Of a stretch of 64,000 nt of DNA, positions 26,690 through 38,987 are shown piece after piece. The position numbers and the translations under genes are program-made. A model generated the notes under the pieces. The model was not told where the DNA came from. It was given only the letters and a program-made list of their open reading frames with translations, and searched no databases. The stretch's first letter is position 1; every line of letters starts with the position of its first letter. Source of the stretch: Amphiscolops sp. MND2022 (taxonomy: Eukaryota); NCBI GenBank assembly GCA_964187785.1, contig OZ076413.1, forward strand, positions 50,904,001-50,968,000, read 5' to 3'.

Positions 26690-27354
26690 ATAAATTAGGA
26701 ATCCCTCTTGTCTATCTCGGTGTTTTCAACTTCAATTTTTTTCGACACTTTGTGACTTTTTTTCGGAAAAAATTCGATTGCACCAAAAGTTTTCTTTTCA
26801 GATTTTTGATATTTTGTAACAGATTGGTTGTTAACAAATCCCATAATGCATCCCTTTTGAATTTTTCGGCACTAAGATTGTTCAAAATTTGTTATTTTTT
26901 CGAAAAGTTTTTGACTCCAAAGGATCTCTCTCCAATGTGTTTAATGCTTTGCAGCGAACTAGATTTTTAAAAAGCTCAAAAGGGTCCCCCTTTTACAATT
27001 TGCGTCATTGTGAGGTTTTTCAAAATGAATCTTTATTGTTTTCAAATTTTGTTTTCTCAGTGAACCAGCACGCTGTATCTGAATTTGTTTTTTGAAAAAC
27101 GTCGTTTTTTCGGCACTATGAGACTTTTTCCTATGTTGATTTTATCGAAGCGCTCTCAACTTTTACCGGAAATGAAACGTTTTCCGAGCACAGAGACTCC
27201 TCAGTGTTTTCGACACTATGCGGCTTTTTCCGAAAGAAAAATATTGTTTTTTGTTTCCAGTTGGGGTAAAAGTGATTTTCGAGTCTTTTTCAGCATGAAA
27301 GGCACCCGTCTTTTTTGTCGATGCAGAGCGATGGTTGGTTTTATGAATTCATGA
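26690..27354 (+). mobile_element. HINE-like repeat, internal fragment
   Basis: The AAAAGGGTCCCCCTTT / TTTTCGGCACTATGAGAC units and the CAGCATGAAAGGCAC block match 62598-63237. Confidence 0.7.
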
Positions 27355-28051
27355 AAGAAATCGACAAGGAAAAAGACAGGCAAAGTGCTTGAACAGTACT
27401 AAGAACTAGCTTTCGATATAGGATATTGTATGTGAGCTTCTTCTTTGCGTGGTTGTTGTTTTGATTTTGTTAGTCTACTGGGATATTGGTTGGCATTAGT
27501 AGTGGTGCTTCCGAGGATGTGCAATATAATATTGCAATACTATTTACCTGAAAAACAAATTATTTCTATTGTTGTTGGAGAAAAATATCAATTGCAATCA
27601 ATTTTTAAATTGTATATTTACTATTTTTTCTAAATCACAGATAAATTTTATCTAATTAATCAGTAACAATTTCATTTGTAACTGTAATTTCCCACAAATG
27701 CTTGGCTTGTTTACTGCTAATTATATCTGATCTCAAGGTTAACTGGCTCCGAACGTTTTCTGTAATCACTGAAAACAATACCAAATCTGCTGGAAAGTCT
27801 CTCGACACTTGTTTTGAATCACTCACACACTGCTGCACATAAATCTGAAATAAAGTTGAAAAATTGATGTCGACAACTATTTGCGTACGAAAAACAAATT
27901 GTTTTTTAACATCCAAAAAATAAGTATTGAATTGTCCTTCATGTAAATTATTAAAAACTAACCCATTTATTGTACATCCCTGGGTGCTTCGTCTTTCTTT
28001 GTTTGCTTTTGGTTTCAGACCATGGGTTGTGTCGTATCCCTCCTACATGAT

Positions 28052-28955
28052 GGTAATTGGTCACTTGGCCTAAAGTGATTTTGCTTAATGCATTTGGTCA
28101 TTTTGCCTAATCTTTTTGAGCCAAATGTCTTAGGTAAATGGTCGCTTGGCTTAATAACATTTGGATAAGAATCACTAAGTTGAAAACGCGTGTCAGATTA
28201 TTACTATGACGTAGTCAGCTATGTGAACATACCGCTAGTACCCTAAATGCAAGAGCAAAGCGAAGCGGAGCGACGTGCCTTATTGCCATGCCTCAATGTT
28301 GCTACTTGGAAAAGCGAGCGAAGCGACCGAGCCATACAGCAAATATGCTAACATCTTCAAATAAGTCAAGATCCATGCATATTGGCTGTAACCGCACTAA
28401 AAACTGGTAATTTCAATGGCTAGGTCTCAATGGCTCTTCAGATCGCCAATGCGGCTTGTGTTCTAGGATCTTTGAGCGACAGAGATACGTTTGAAGAAAA
28501 CTATTACATATAGTTAATTCTTTTAAAAGCTGTATAACATTGCAGCTTTTTTGAAACTTGTTTCTACCGGTCGACTGGGATTGACTGGTATGAGTGGTTT
28601 GTTGGTTGTTTTTGTTGTTACTGGTCTACTGGGATAGTGGCTGGTATGGTGTTTTCTCCTTTTGTCGCAGACCACGGGTTTGTGTCTTCTCCTCCAACAC
28701 ATGGTTTGCACACATAGCAGTTTGCACACATTGCACACATAGCAGTTGATTGATGACGCAGATCCATGATATCTGCAAGTAAAAAAAGCTTGTTGTTTGA
28801 GTTCTGCTGTTTGAGATCTTTACTGTAGTTTTGGTTTTATGAATAGTCATCACTCTATTATACAATACTATGCTTGAAGTCATTTACCCCAAAATTATTA
28901 AATCAAATGACTCGAAAATAAAACTTAGCCCAATGGTATTAGGCCAAATGACTTT
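28052..28955 (+). mobile_element. Mutator-like MITE, core 1, GGTCAyTTGGCCTAA arms (right end decayed)
   Basis: Left array 28052-28170, core 1 at about 28200-28350, inverted array TTAGGCCAAATGAC near 28940. No TSD recovered. Confidence 0.6.
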
Positions 28956-28959
28956 TGAA

Positions 28960-29680
28960 TAATCCAAAATGATTTATGATAAATCCAAGTTCAACAAAGA
29001 AGAATTTCGCACAACATTAAAAACTCTGAATTGGGGACTAATGTATGATCAATGTAATACCTAATCTATGTTGTACATCCTTTCTCTTTATTAACAGGAG
29101 CCACGAAGCAGCACGCTCCTTTAAAGAAAGTATCATTCCGTACTCAAAAACCCGGAAAACAATTCAAATCTGAAAGCTTCGTTGATGAATGTAAATGCTT
29201 CCTTCAAAAACGAACACTAGCTCAAAAAAGTCACGATTGCCAAACTGCTGCTGCTACAAATTGGGAACAATACAAAATATGAGGTCAGAAATTTGAAACT
29301 AAAAGCTAGAACGCAATCACATTGCTGTTTGAACTTACTGGAAACCGTCAAATCATCTAGTAGACATGGATATTTATCAACAACCTTTGCAATACAAAGC
29401 GTGAAAATTCGCGAATTCAGGCTCTGAAGAATTCTTTTGGAGAGTTATTCACCGAACACAAGAAGATCGTGAACGTTTTGAACTATACCTTTTCACATCT
29501 ACGAGATTATTACGGGAAAAAACAACCAGTAAAGATGGAAAGCAAAACTAAACCTAAATTGTTTGCTGTAAAATCTCTAAAATTCAAAAACCTCCTATGA
29601 CCATTCTCGATGCCAGGACGGGCTCTTAAAGACGCATTGACTGAATTTCTACCACATCTCTCAATGGTGATGAATGAATA
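28960..29680 (+). pseudogene. Degenerate CR1/L2-type ORF2 fragment
   Basis: DKSKFNKEEF, HAPLKKV and ALKNSFGELFTEHKKIVNVLNYTFSHL are collinear with ORF2 at about 49900-50650. Confidence 0.65.
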
Positions 29681-29759
29681 CAATAAAGAATAATATTTCA
29701 ATATTCTAAGAGAAATGCCACTATTTGTAGGCCATGATTTTACAGTCATCATAGGTAAT

Positions 29760-32700
29760 TTACGAATGATCTCGATTTCTTTCCATCACGTGAGTTCTAG
29801 TTTTCAATAAAATAAGACAGGACAATGTCTTTTTAGGTAAAATCCAACAGGTTAATCAAAGCACTATGGCTTCTTTTAGTTCGTCAAATGACCCAAATGT
29901 TTTGTGCTCCTTTTTCAAGTTATTGTAAAAACTACAGTTAAAGATAAAAGGCGTAGTCGTCTCCTCATGGTTGCAGATGCAGAATGGTGGCGATGTTCTT
30001 GATATTTGAAATTGAAAGTCTCGTTAATTGGGGCGATACCTGAAATTTTTGCAAAACCTCGGAGGCTGGATAGTAGTGACCTCGATAAGTAGCTATGTGT
30101 CTGATAAGGCTCTCGAACACTGGTCAGAGTCAAAACCGTTCTTATAAGCAATTTTAGCTAGTGATAATTGAATTTGAAGATCAATTTCAAATTGGCTACA
30201 TATGTATTCCAGTTTGGTGAGCTCGTGTTTGTATTTGGTATTTGAGGATTTCGATAAAATCTTGTACTACAAGCTGCTTGTTCTGAATGTAATGGGGTTG
30301 GCCCAAAATTGACTCAAGTATGTCCACAGTGATCACAACGCAATTCGCTAGCTTCAAGATGGTGGGAGGCGTGATGAATTGGTTCTGTACGAGAGGTTTC
30401 AGAGCTCCCATTACTTTTTATGCTTATCTTGAGCATTTCTCGAATTTTGTTCAAAAGTTTAGTTTGCTATCTGTTTTGATACCGAGCGCTGTTGACTTTG
30501 TCGCGAATTTCATTGTGCTTCTTTGCAACACTATCTTCTTCGTAACACTATCTTCTGATACTCGAAAAGGTGACAACTTCTCTTCCCGGCTCCGAGATTT
30601 TAACACGCCACTTGCCATCCCATTTTGTGCATTCCTCGCAATCGTTTGGAGATGCGAAAAAGCATCGTGTCACCTGCCGAAACTTGTGTGGCGTCTCCGA
30701 CGTACTTTTTAGTTTTACCTTTGCAATCTTGGAACGTGTCTGCAATGTAAAAGATAAATACAATTGGGGAAATTGCTTTTTGAGGCATGCCAACATTTGG
30801 CTTGAAGCTTTCTGATTGGTTCTCGCCTATTTCGATGCTATCGTTTCTGTTTCGGTCATTGATGTTTGGAATATAGATGTTTATTTCTGCTTCACGGAGT
30901 TTATACAAGAAAGCCGTCGGAGAAAAACGTATTGCGATGATGTTCAAATTCATCAGCGTTACTGTCTCGAACTGTTTTATTTGAAACAAGACATCCCAAT
31001 GGTATTGTTTCCCTGCTCCGAGTGAACAAACTTATGGCTTTCAAGAAATTTGAGCCCTTGCTGGCTTTCAGAGTTTCTGCACAATTTCTAAAATGTTCAC
31101 CTGTGAATTTCATCAAAATAGTCTGAAATTGTTGTTTGAAGGCTTCATAACTCAGGGTGTTTATGGGTTCTGATCTGAGTTTCATTATTTTCCGGGCTTC
31201 TCGGATTTGAAATGAAAGCTTTTCAGCTCTTCATTGAAGAATGGCTTTGAGTGTGAAAAAATTTGCTGGAGAGTTATATTGAGGTTGGTTGCTTCGCTGA
31301 TACATTGCAGGAAGGTGCCCCATAAACATGTAGCATCACAGCATACCTCAATTCCAAGCCATTGCATTTGAACGCATTTTTTAAGCGTTTCTCTCCATTT
31401 GTCCCAATCGGTTTTATTTTACATCTTTTACATGAGTGGATCTGCTGTTTCCTGTGATATCGAATGTGGCAATAACTGGGTAATGGCCTCTGTTTTGAAC
31501 GCCAGTGAACATTTCAGTGTAATAGTCCATTGCGAGGCTGCAAAAATGCCTGTGTAGTTTTGTGTTGAATTTGACCAGAAGGGTTGCGCTTTTTCCATTT
31601 GTGCAGGTGAATGTGGGCTCCCCTTCATTCAGAGCTATGAGGTTTTCTTGTTGTAGGAAATTGTTGAGAATTTCCCATTTGACATTGCTTTTGTCGCCAA
31701 GGAGGCGAAAATTGGACATTTCCAAGTCTTTTCATTTCTTCAATGCAAACGTAATTTCATTGGGAGCTCTTTTCATTTCTTCATTACTATTGGGACGGCA
31801 GTAAAGCCCCCGTACTAGAAAGCTTTACCTCGAAACATTTCAAATTGTCCATGTAGAATGCTGGATTTAATTCCCAAGAATAAAAACGCTCGGCTTGATG
31901 TCGACATCGAGTGCTAAACGGACTCGCCCTGACTAACCAGGGTTCGCAGATGAATTGTTTGGTATGGGCAAACATCCAGAAAAGTCGCGTACTTCTGCAT
32001 TTTCTTTCTTCGTCTCTGTGAGGCAAGCGATTCGCACGCCATTTGTTAACTTATATAGTGGACGCCTTCATAGGAATGTTTTGAAAGTCCATTTATGTTG
32101 ACAGTTGTCGATTTTAAGGATTTGTGCTGTGTTGAGAGTATTTGGTGCGCTGTCTGTTTGATCCTTCATGTTTGAGTTTGGTCAACCAGCTTAGGATCGG
32201 GTATTGTTTTCGAGAGCACAGTTCTTCTACTTTCTCTTGCTTGACTAGGCAATACCTGGAAACTGCAGCGTGACTTCCGTTACACTTATTACACTTTTCG
32301 TTTTCCCTGTTGGTACAATTCTTGTGATTGTGGCCTTCTTGTGAATAAATGCAACAGCATTCGTGCCTCGTTTTGCAGCAAGCCGAAATATGCCCATATT
32401 TGAGACATTTGGAAGATTGTACAACCTTAGGTGGGGCGGTATTCAACCTCTGGTTGAATCCAGAGATTACCAATGCACACTCCAGATTTAAGCGCACATT
32501 CCACTTGTTCTTCATTCTCGAGTGTTATTTTCAGCGGTTTCAGTGGGGTAATGTCTTGTATTTTTGCGCGGGGTACGATACTTCCTGGGATTTGTTTCGA
32601 AATTTCTTCCTATAAAACTTTTTCATCAACATCCGTGTCTGGTGTTTGATCTGGTATTGTTGCGCCTTCTCAGGATGAGGTCGAGTTGCCTCTTGGTTTT

Positions 32701-33370
32701 TGTTTCTCTGCTCTCTGAGCCTCCAAAAGTGATTTCCGGCCAGTTTTGAACTATTTCCTTGGCAGTGATTTCATTCTCTGTTTCTACTATTGTTCGTACG
32801 TCAGCAGTTTCTATAGTGTGCAGGACTTTTGTTCGTGAAAAGTAGCGACTGATGGCAGTTTTAATGCTGCTCGAGTCTCATTGAAATTCCTGAACTTATT
32901 CACAACAAAAGAGTTTTTGGCGTCCCATGTGTTGTGTTGACATGCAAAACAAATTGGGCGCTTGTTTGACCCGTTCAGCGTAAGTCGCGTTCGTTTTTAC
33001 TGTGTTCTCTAACTTCTGCCACTTTTCCTGCATGAAATCTAATCTGTGTGCTACTGATTGTGACAGATTGTCGGACCTGTTTTTGATCAATGATAAAGTG
33101 TTCTTCACTTTCTTGTGCGAGATGCAGTCATCACGTCGATAGAATAAACTTTGACTTTCCAAGATGCTGATTGTGAGGTCAGGACAGATATATTTGTCGT
33201 AGGCCCAAATTTCGCAGCCGTTACAGCATACGCCTCCAGAGACTTCATTTTCGTAGATACTCCCAAGAACGGAATTTGAATGATTTTCGGATTGCGATTT
33301 TGTTTTTTTTTGTTTAGCCATTATTGTATTGACCGTGCAGGGTGTTTTGGAAATAGGGTTGTTGGAGTTC
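29760..33370 (-). mobile_element. Decayed APE-type LINE (I/Jockey-like ORF1 with PHD and three CCHC knuckles; APE; RT)
   Basis: GVCCNGCEIWA...DC (PHD); CLKYGHISACC, CCIYSQEGHNHKNC and CNKCNGSHAAVSRYC (knuckles); ALNEGEPTF...GHYPV (APE); GMPQKAISPIVFIFYIAD...KYVGD (RT). Many frameshifts. Confidence 0.8.
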
Positions 33371-34778
33371 AATATATAATCGCCCGTTCCAATGTAAATC
33401 CTAAGAACGAAAAAAAAGTATTCTGGCAATATCCTCAACAGCAAGCTATCTTCCGACACTCAAGGTAAAAGTGTACTTATAATGCTGCTTCATGCTCTTG
33501 TCCTTAGTCATTTTGAGTATTATAACATTTTAACAGACATCAGTTGTGCTCTTTTATTTTCTTTTGAAAACAACTGAGTTGGGCTCCTAAAAGCATGTTA
33601 TACAGATCTAGGAACAAATGCTCGATCTCTTTGCGTATATCTTGAGAAGTATTACGTATGAAACAAAGAATTGCCCTAAAATCAATTTGACTTAATTTTT
33701 TCGATTCTCAAAAACAAAAGGACAGCTTCTCAGAATCATCTTAAACTGCCAACAGTGAGTTTTTGAATGAACGATCGAAACAAAAAAAACATATTGAAAG
33801 AGCCTGGTTCAAATAAGTTTTTTCATAGATCTTCTTTTATACCTTTTATACCTTTGAGACTACTTGCAACAGGTGCAGGTGCATCCGTCAGCAATTCCAG
33901 AATTCAAGCTCTTATCTATAGATAAACAGAAATCAGTCTGATTTGGATGATTGTTGACCTGAATGTAAAAGCATTGTTGAGGAAACTTAGAGATTTCATA
34001 ATGCTGCAACGGATGTGAATCGTGGCGACATGGATCTTGCCGCGACATAGAAAAAAAGTCGCACAGTGCCGAAAAAAAATCAAAAGGGGGGCCCTTTAGC
34101 CTCCGCCGGTTTTATAGGTTACGTTAAAAAAGTAAAAAACGAAAGGAGTGACCCTTTGGAGACAAAAAATATTTCGAAAAAAAGTCGCACAGTGCCAAAA
34201 AAAATCCAAAAGGAGGGCTCTTTAGTCCCGTTCGGTTTTGTAGGTTACCTTGAAAAAGTAAAAAATGAAAGGGGGACCCTTTGCACTAAGTTTGCTTTGG
34301 CCCCTTTGCCGGACTGGGCGCCTTAGGTGGTTTCAGGATTGTTTCTAAGAAGTGGACCGATCAGTGTGAGATTTGTATTCTGAAAAAAAGCAGTCAGTGC
34401 TGTAGTCTGGCATTATTACCTTAAGAAAAAGCGCCGACTAAAAATGGCAAAAAACTATTTGGTTCTTTCAAACTCACTGAGTACTGGGGCACAATCTATT
34501 GTGGGGATCTGTGAGGGTCGTCGTGAAGACATCGTGAGTTGAAGAATTCATTGACGTTATGATAGATTTTTATGAAACTATTCTTGGTTACATAGTGACA
34601 GGTAGTAAATTTAGCAGGTACATAATCAGATCATCTGTAATTTGAGTGTTTGATGACGTAATGGTCTTCAGCGACCTCTTACTCAAGGTCCGTCCCATTG
34701 AAACTGGCAAAACCGTTGACATTCAAAAGGCAGCAATTTTGATCAACATCAATTAGTAATTGTCACTTGTCTTTATCT
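32783..34778 (+). repeat. Duplicated block B, copy 1
   Basis: Collinear with 34788-37826 but lacks about 1.06 kb at position ~33370. Confidence 0.9.
34051..34444 (-). mobile_element. HINE-like repeat, truncated (duplicate at 37099-37492)
   Basis: Ends GCGCCGACTAAAAA with an upstream inverted partner TAGTC, and has internal AAAGTCGCACAGTGCC/AGGGGACCCTTT units. Confidence 0.75.
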
Positions 34779-34787
34779 ACTTGTCTC

Positions 34788-37700
34788 TCTACTATTGTTC
34801 GTACGTCAGCAGTTTCTATAGTGTGCAGGACTTTTGTTCGTGGAAAGTAGTGACTGATGGCAGTTTCAATGCTGCTCGAGTCTCCTTGAAATTCCTGAAT
34901 TTATTCACAACAAAAGAGTTTTCGGCGTCCCATGTGTTGTGTTGACATAAAAAACAAATTGGGCGCTTGTTTGACCCGTTCAGCGTAAGTCGCGTTCGTT
35001 TTTACTGTGTTCTCTAACTTCTGTCACTTTTCTTGCATGAAAACTAATCTGTGTGCTACTGATTGTGACAGATCGTCGGACCTGTTTTTGATCTATGATA
35101 AAGTGTTCTTCACATTCTTGTGCGAGATGCAGTCATCACGTCGATAGAATAAACTTTGACTTTCCAAGATGCTGATTGTGAGGTCAGGAGAAGATATATT
35201 TGTCGTGAGCCCAAATTTCGCAGCCGTTACAGCATACGCCTCCAGAGACTTCATTTTCGTAGATACTCCCAAGAACGGATTTTGAATGATTTTCGGATTG
35301 CGATTTTGCTCTTTTTTGTTTAGCCATATTTGTATTGACCGTGCAGGGTGTTTTGGAAATAGGGTTGTGGAGTTCACAGGCGTGCAACCAAATGTAAATT
35401 GAAAAGTGATTTCAATGGAACCCAAAGCGGCACCTGCAAACCAACCTTCTCAAGGTGGAATAACATTGAACACTTTCGGTTTTGTCGAAGGGGCTGAAAT
35501 GATTGTGACATTTCGGAAGATTCGATCTTTGGTAATTCGGAAGATGAAGGTCCAGATCTAGCTGGTATTTGAAAATCCTTTTCCAAGAGACACTAAACAA
35601 ACCGTGCTCTACAACATAAAAACTGAAATGACCTATTAAAAGGCAAATGCATTGAGTTGCATAGGCTTTTTATTAGGTTTATCACAACAATTAGGCTAAT
35701 TAAAAGACAACATTAAAGTTAAAATTTTCCCTCATTTTTCAAGAAAGGTCTCATTTCACCTCTATGTAAAAAAGATGATCCACTCAACCCTTCGAATTAT
35801 AGACCCACTACAATGACGAGCAGTTCGTCGAAAATACTTGAAAAACTTCTGAACATTAACAAAGTAATCAACACCTATCATCAGATAAACCTCTAACTCA
35901 TCTTCAATTTTGATTTCGCGAAAAAGTATCAACACAAGATGCTCTCATTTCTTTTACCGAATCGATCCCTAAACATGTGGATCAAAAATATTCTGTTTAT
36001 TCAGCGTCCGCAGATCTTTGAAAAGCATTTGATTCTGTATCCCATCAAAATTTGTTGAACATATTGAAAATAATTGGCTTCAAAGACGATACTCTGAAAC
36101 TCAGCTTTAGCTTTTTATGATCGGGAGCCAACGATTCGTTATCAATTTTACGGTATCTGACGTCATCAAAATCATTCAAGGTGAGCCGCGAGCAGTACTT
36201 GGGCCATTTTTTTTAAATTTTACATTAACGATTTTACAAAAAACATCTCGAAAGAACGCAGAATTGTTCAAAACTCCTATGACTGTTGGATTTACTCAGC
36301 TAATCCAAGACCTGATATTGCAAATGAGATACTCCAAGTCTGTCTTTGAAGCCTTGAAATTTTTATCCGACTAAACACTTGACATTAAATCCACAACATC
36401 AATAATGACCATATCCAACGGTCAACGTATATTCGCCCGTTCCAATATAAATCCTAAGAACGAAAAAAAGTATTCTGGCAATATCACCAACAGCAAGCTA
36501 TCTTCCGACACTCAAGGTAAAAGTGTACTTATAATGCTCTTCATGGTCTTGTCCTTAGTCATTTTGAGTACTATACCCTGTTAACAGACATCAGTTGTGC
36601 TCTTTTATTTTCTTTGGAAAACAACTGAGTTGGGCTCCTAAAAGCATGTTCTACAGATCTAGGAACAAATGCTCGATCTCTTCGAGTATATCTCGCGAAG
36701 TATTACGTATGAAACAATGAATTGCCCTAAAATCAATTTGACTTATTTTTTTCGATTCTCAAAAACGAAAGGACAGCTTCTCAGAATCATCTTAAACTGC
36801 CAACCTTGAGTTTTTGAATGACGATCGAAACAAAAAAAACATATTGAAAGAGCCTGGTTCAAATAAGTTTTTTCATAGATCTTCATTTATACCTTTTATA
36901 CTTTTGAGACTACTTGCAACAGGTGCAGGTGCATCCGTCAGCATTTCCAGAATTCAAGCTCTTATCTATAGATAAACAGAAATCAGTCTGATTTGGATGA
37001 TTGTTGACCTGAATGTAAAAGCATTGTTGAGGAAACTAAGAGATTTCATAATGCTGCAACGGATGTGAATCGTGGCGACATAGATCTTGTCGCGACTTGA
37101 AAAAAAAGTCGCACAGTGCCAAAAAAATCAAAAGGGGGACCCTTTAGCCTCCGCCGATTTTATAGGTTACGTTAAAAAAAGTAAAAAATGAAAAGAGGGA
37201 CCCTTTGGAGACAAAAAAATTCCGAAAAAAAGTCGCACAGAGCCAAAAAAATCCAAAAGGGGGACTCTTTAGTCCCGTCCGGTTTTGTAGGTTACCTTGA
37301 AAAAGTAAAAAATAAAAGGGGGACCCTTTGCACTAAGTTTGCTTTGGCCCCTTTGCCGGACTGGGCGCCTTAGGTGGTTTCAGGATTGTTTCTAAAAAGT
37401 GGACCAATCAGTGTGAGATTTGTAGTCTGAAAAAAAGCAGTCAGTGCTGTAGTCGGGCATTATTCCCTTAAAGGAAAAGCGCCGACTAAAAATGGCAAAA
37501 AACTATTTGGTTCTTTCAAACTCACTGAGTACTGGGCCCACAATCTATTGTGGTGATCTGTGAAGTCGTCGTGAAGACATCGTGAGGTGAAGAATTTATT
37601 GGCGTTATGATAGGTTTTTTTGAAACTATTCTTGGTTACAAAGTGACAGGTATTTAGTAAATTTAGCATGTACATAATCAGATCATTTGTAATTTGAGTG

Positions 37701-37826
37701 TTTGATGACGTAATGGTCTCCAGCGACTTCTAACTCAAGGTCCCATTGAAACTGACAAAACCGTTAACATTCAAAAAGCAGCCATTTTGATCAACATCAA
37801 TTAGTAATTGTCACTTGTCTTTATCA
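34788..37826 (+). repeat. Duplicated block B, copy 2
   Basis: Collinear with 32783-34778 and carries the extra segment 35377-36420. Confidence 0.9.
35700..36370 (+). pseudogene. Degenerate CR1/L2-type RT fragment
   Basis: KKDDPLNPSNYRP, SKILEK, FREKVSTQDAL and KAFDSVSHQ are collinear with about 50660-51300. Confidence 0.75.
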
Positions 37827-38830
37827 ACGTTCAAACTTTGCATAATGTCTGATATGAATGCATTGTGATCAATTCTGACAGCATTGTAAACGACAGTGAG
37901 ATTTTTGATGCAAAATAACTTTTTATCAAAGCCCTGCTGTATAAGGTTATATAACGGATACCCAATAATGACTCTTCGAATTGACAATCTTTCCAGCACA
38001 GTTTGGGTTTTACGAAAACAGAGGTTCCCTTCAAAAACTCTACGTTCGCCATGACACAGCGCTTTTCAAAACAATTTCGTAATTTAACTTCGATAGGTCT
38101 CGGACGCGCACTTTTTGCTGTATCATATTTTTCCATGCGGTTGTCCCGTATCCGGTTTTTGCTCCTGCGAAGCGTTTAAAATAGATTAGGTACTTCTCAC
38201 CTAATATGGGGTCATGTACGGTGTATGCATGCTCGCCCTCACCGTCGCAAAGACCTGCTCCCACTACGATCGCTTCGCGATCTCTTTTCCCGCTAAGTCT
38301 TTGATCCTGTTCGACCTCGCTCAGCAAGATGGGAACATAAGCGGCCCCAAGGGGCCGCAGGGCACTAGAGGAAATGGGGCATATCCGACGGCCAAAAACC
38401 TTGTTATTCGGCAAAACGCTAGGTATTCGGCAAATTGTGCATGCAAAATTCGGCAAATTCAAAGGGACAGTTTGCCGAAAAAAAATTGGCTAATTGTCCT
38501 TTACGTTCGACAATTAGGGTTTCGGCAAGTTGTCTTTCGGCAAATTGTTCCTTAACCATAACAACTTTCTTTTCAACTTCTTAGACATAATCCCGCTCTT
38601 CAATTGTTTTCTTGACCACTTCGGCCCAGCTGGATGATTGTATACCTGGACTAGAAACAGGTTCGAGATTTGCATTAGGAACCTTTTTGGAAACATTTTT
38701 AGTAATACTGTCGAGTTTCTCGTCAAAAGCTTTGAGATAAGAAGAGATCTTTCAGAAGACAAAGCAACCAATCCTTCGTCAATTTTCCAGTGAGCAATTG
38801 GAAATCCTCAGCCGACGCGGCTACCAACTT
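37811..38830 (-). pseudogene. LINE ORF1 fragments interrupted by a MITE
   Basis: SWAEVVKKTIEERD... lies upstream of the MITE and RPRPIEVKLRNCFEKR...VFVKPKL lies downstream. Confidence 0.6.
38140..38546 (-). mobile_element. Mutator-like MITE, core 2, TTCGGCAAA arm (one end lost)
   Basis: Core about 38205-38390 is the reverse complement of 41132-41310. The TTCGGCAAA array at 38390-38535 ends ...CCTTAACC. No TSD. Confidence 0.6.
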
Positions 38831-38987
38831 GTCCACCTGAGGATAATAGTCACGCTCTCCAGCTGACGTGTAATTGAGATCTTGTTTGCCGTCCTCATAG
38901 CAGATATGAAACTGTTTAGTTTCTTTTTTCCTCTATCAGATACGGATTTTCGACAGCAATCAAGTGCCATGTGTATCATCATGTTGG

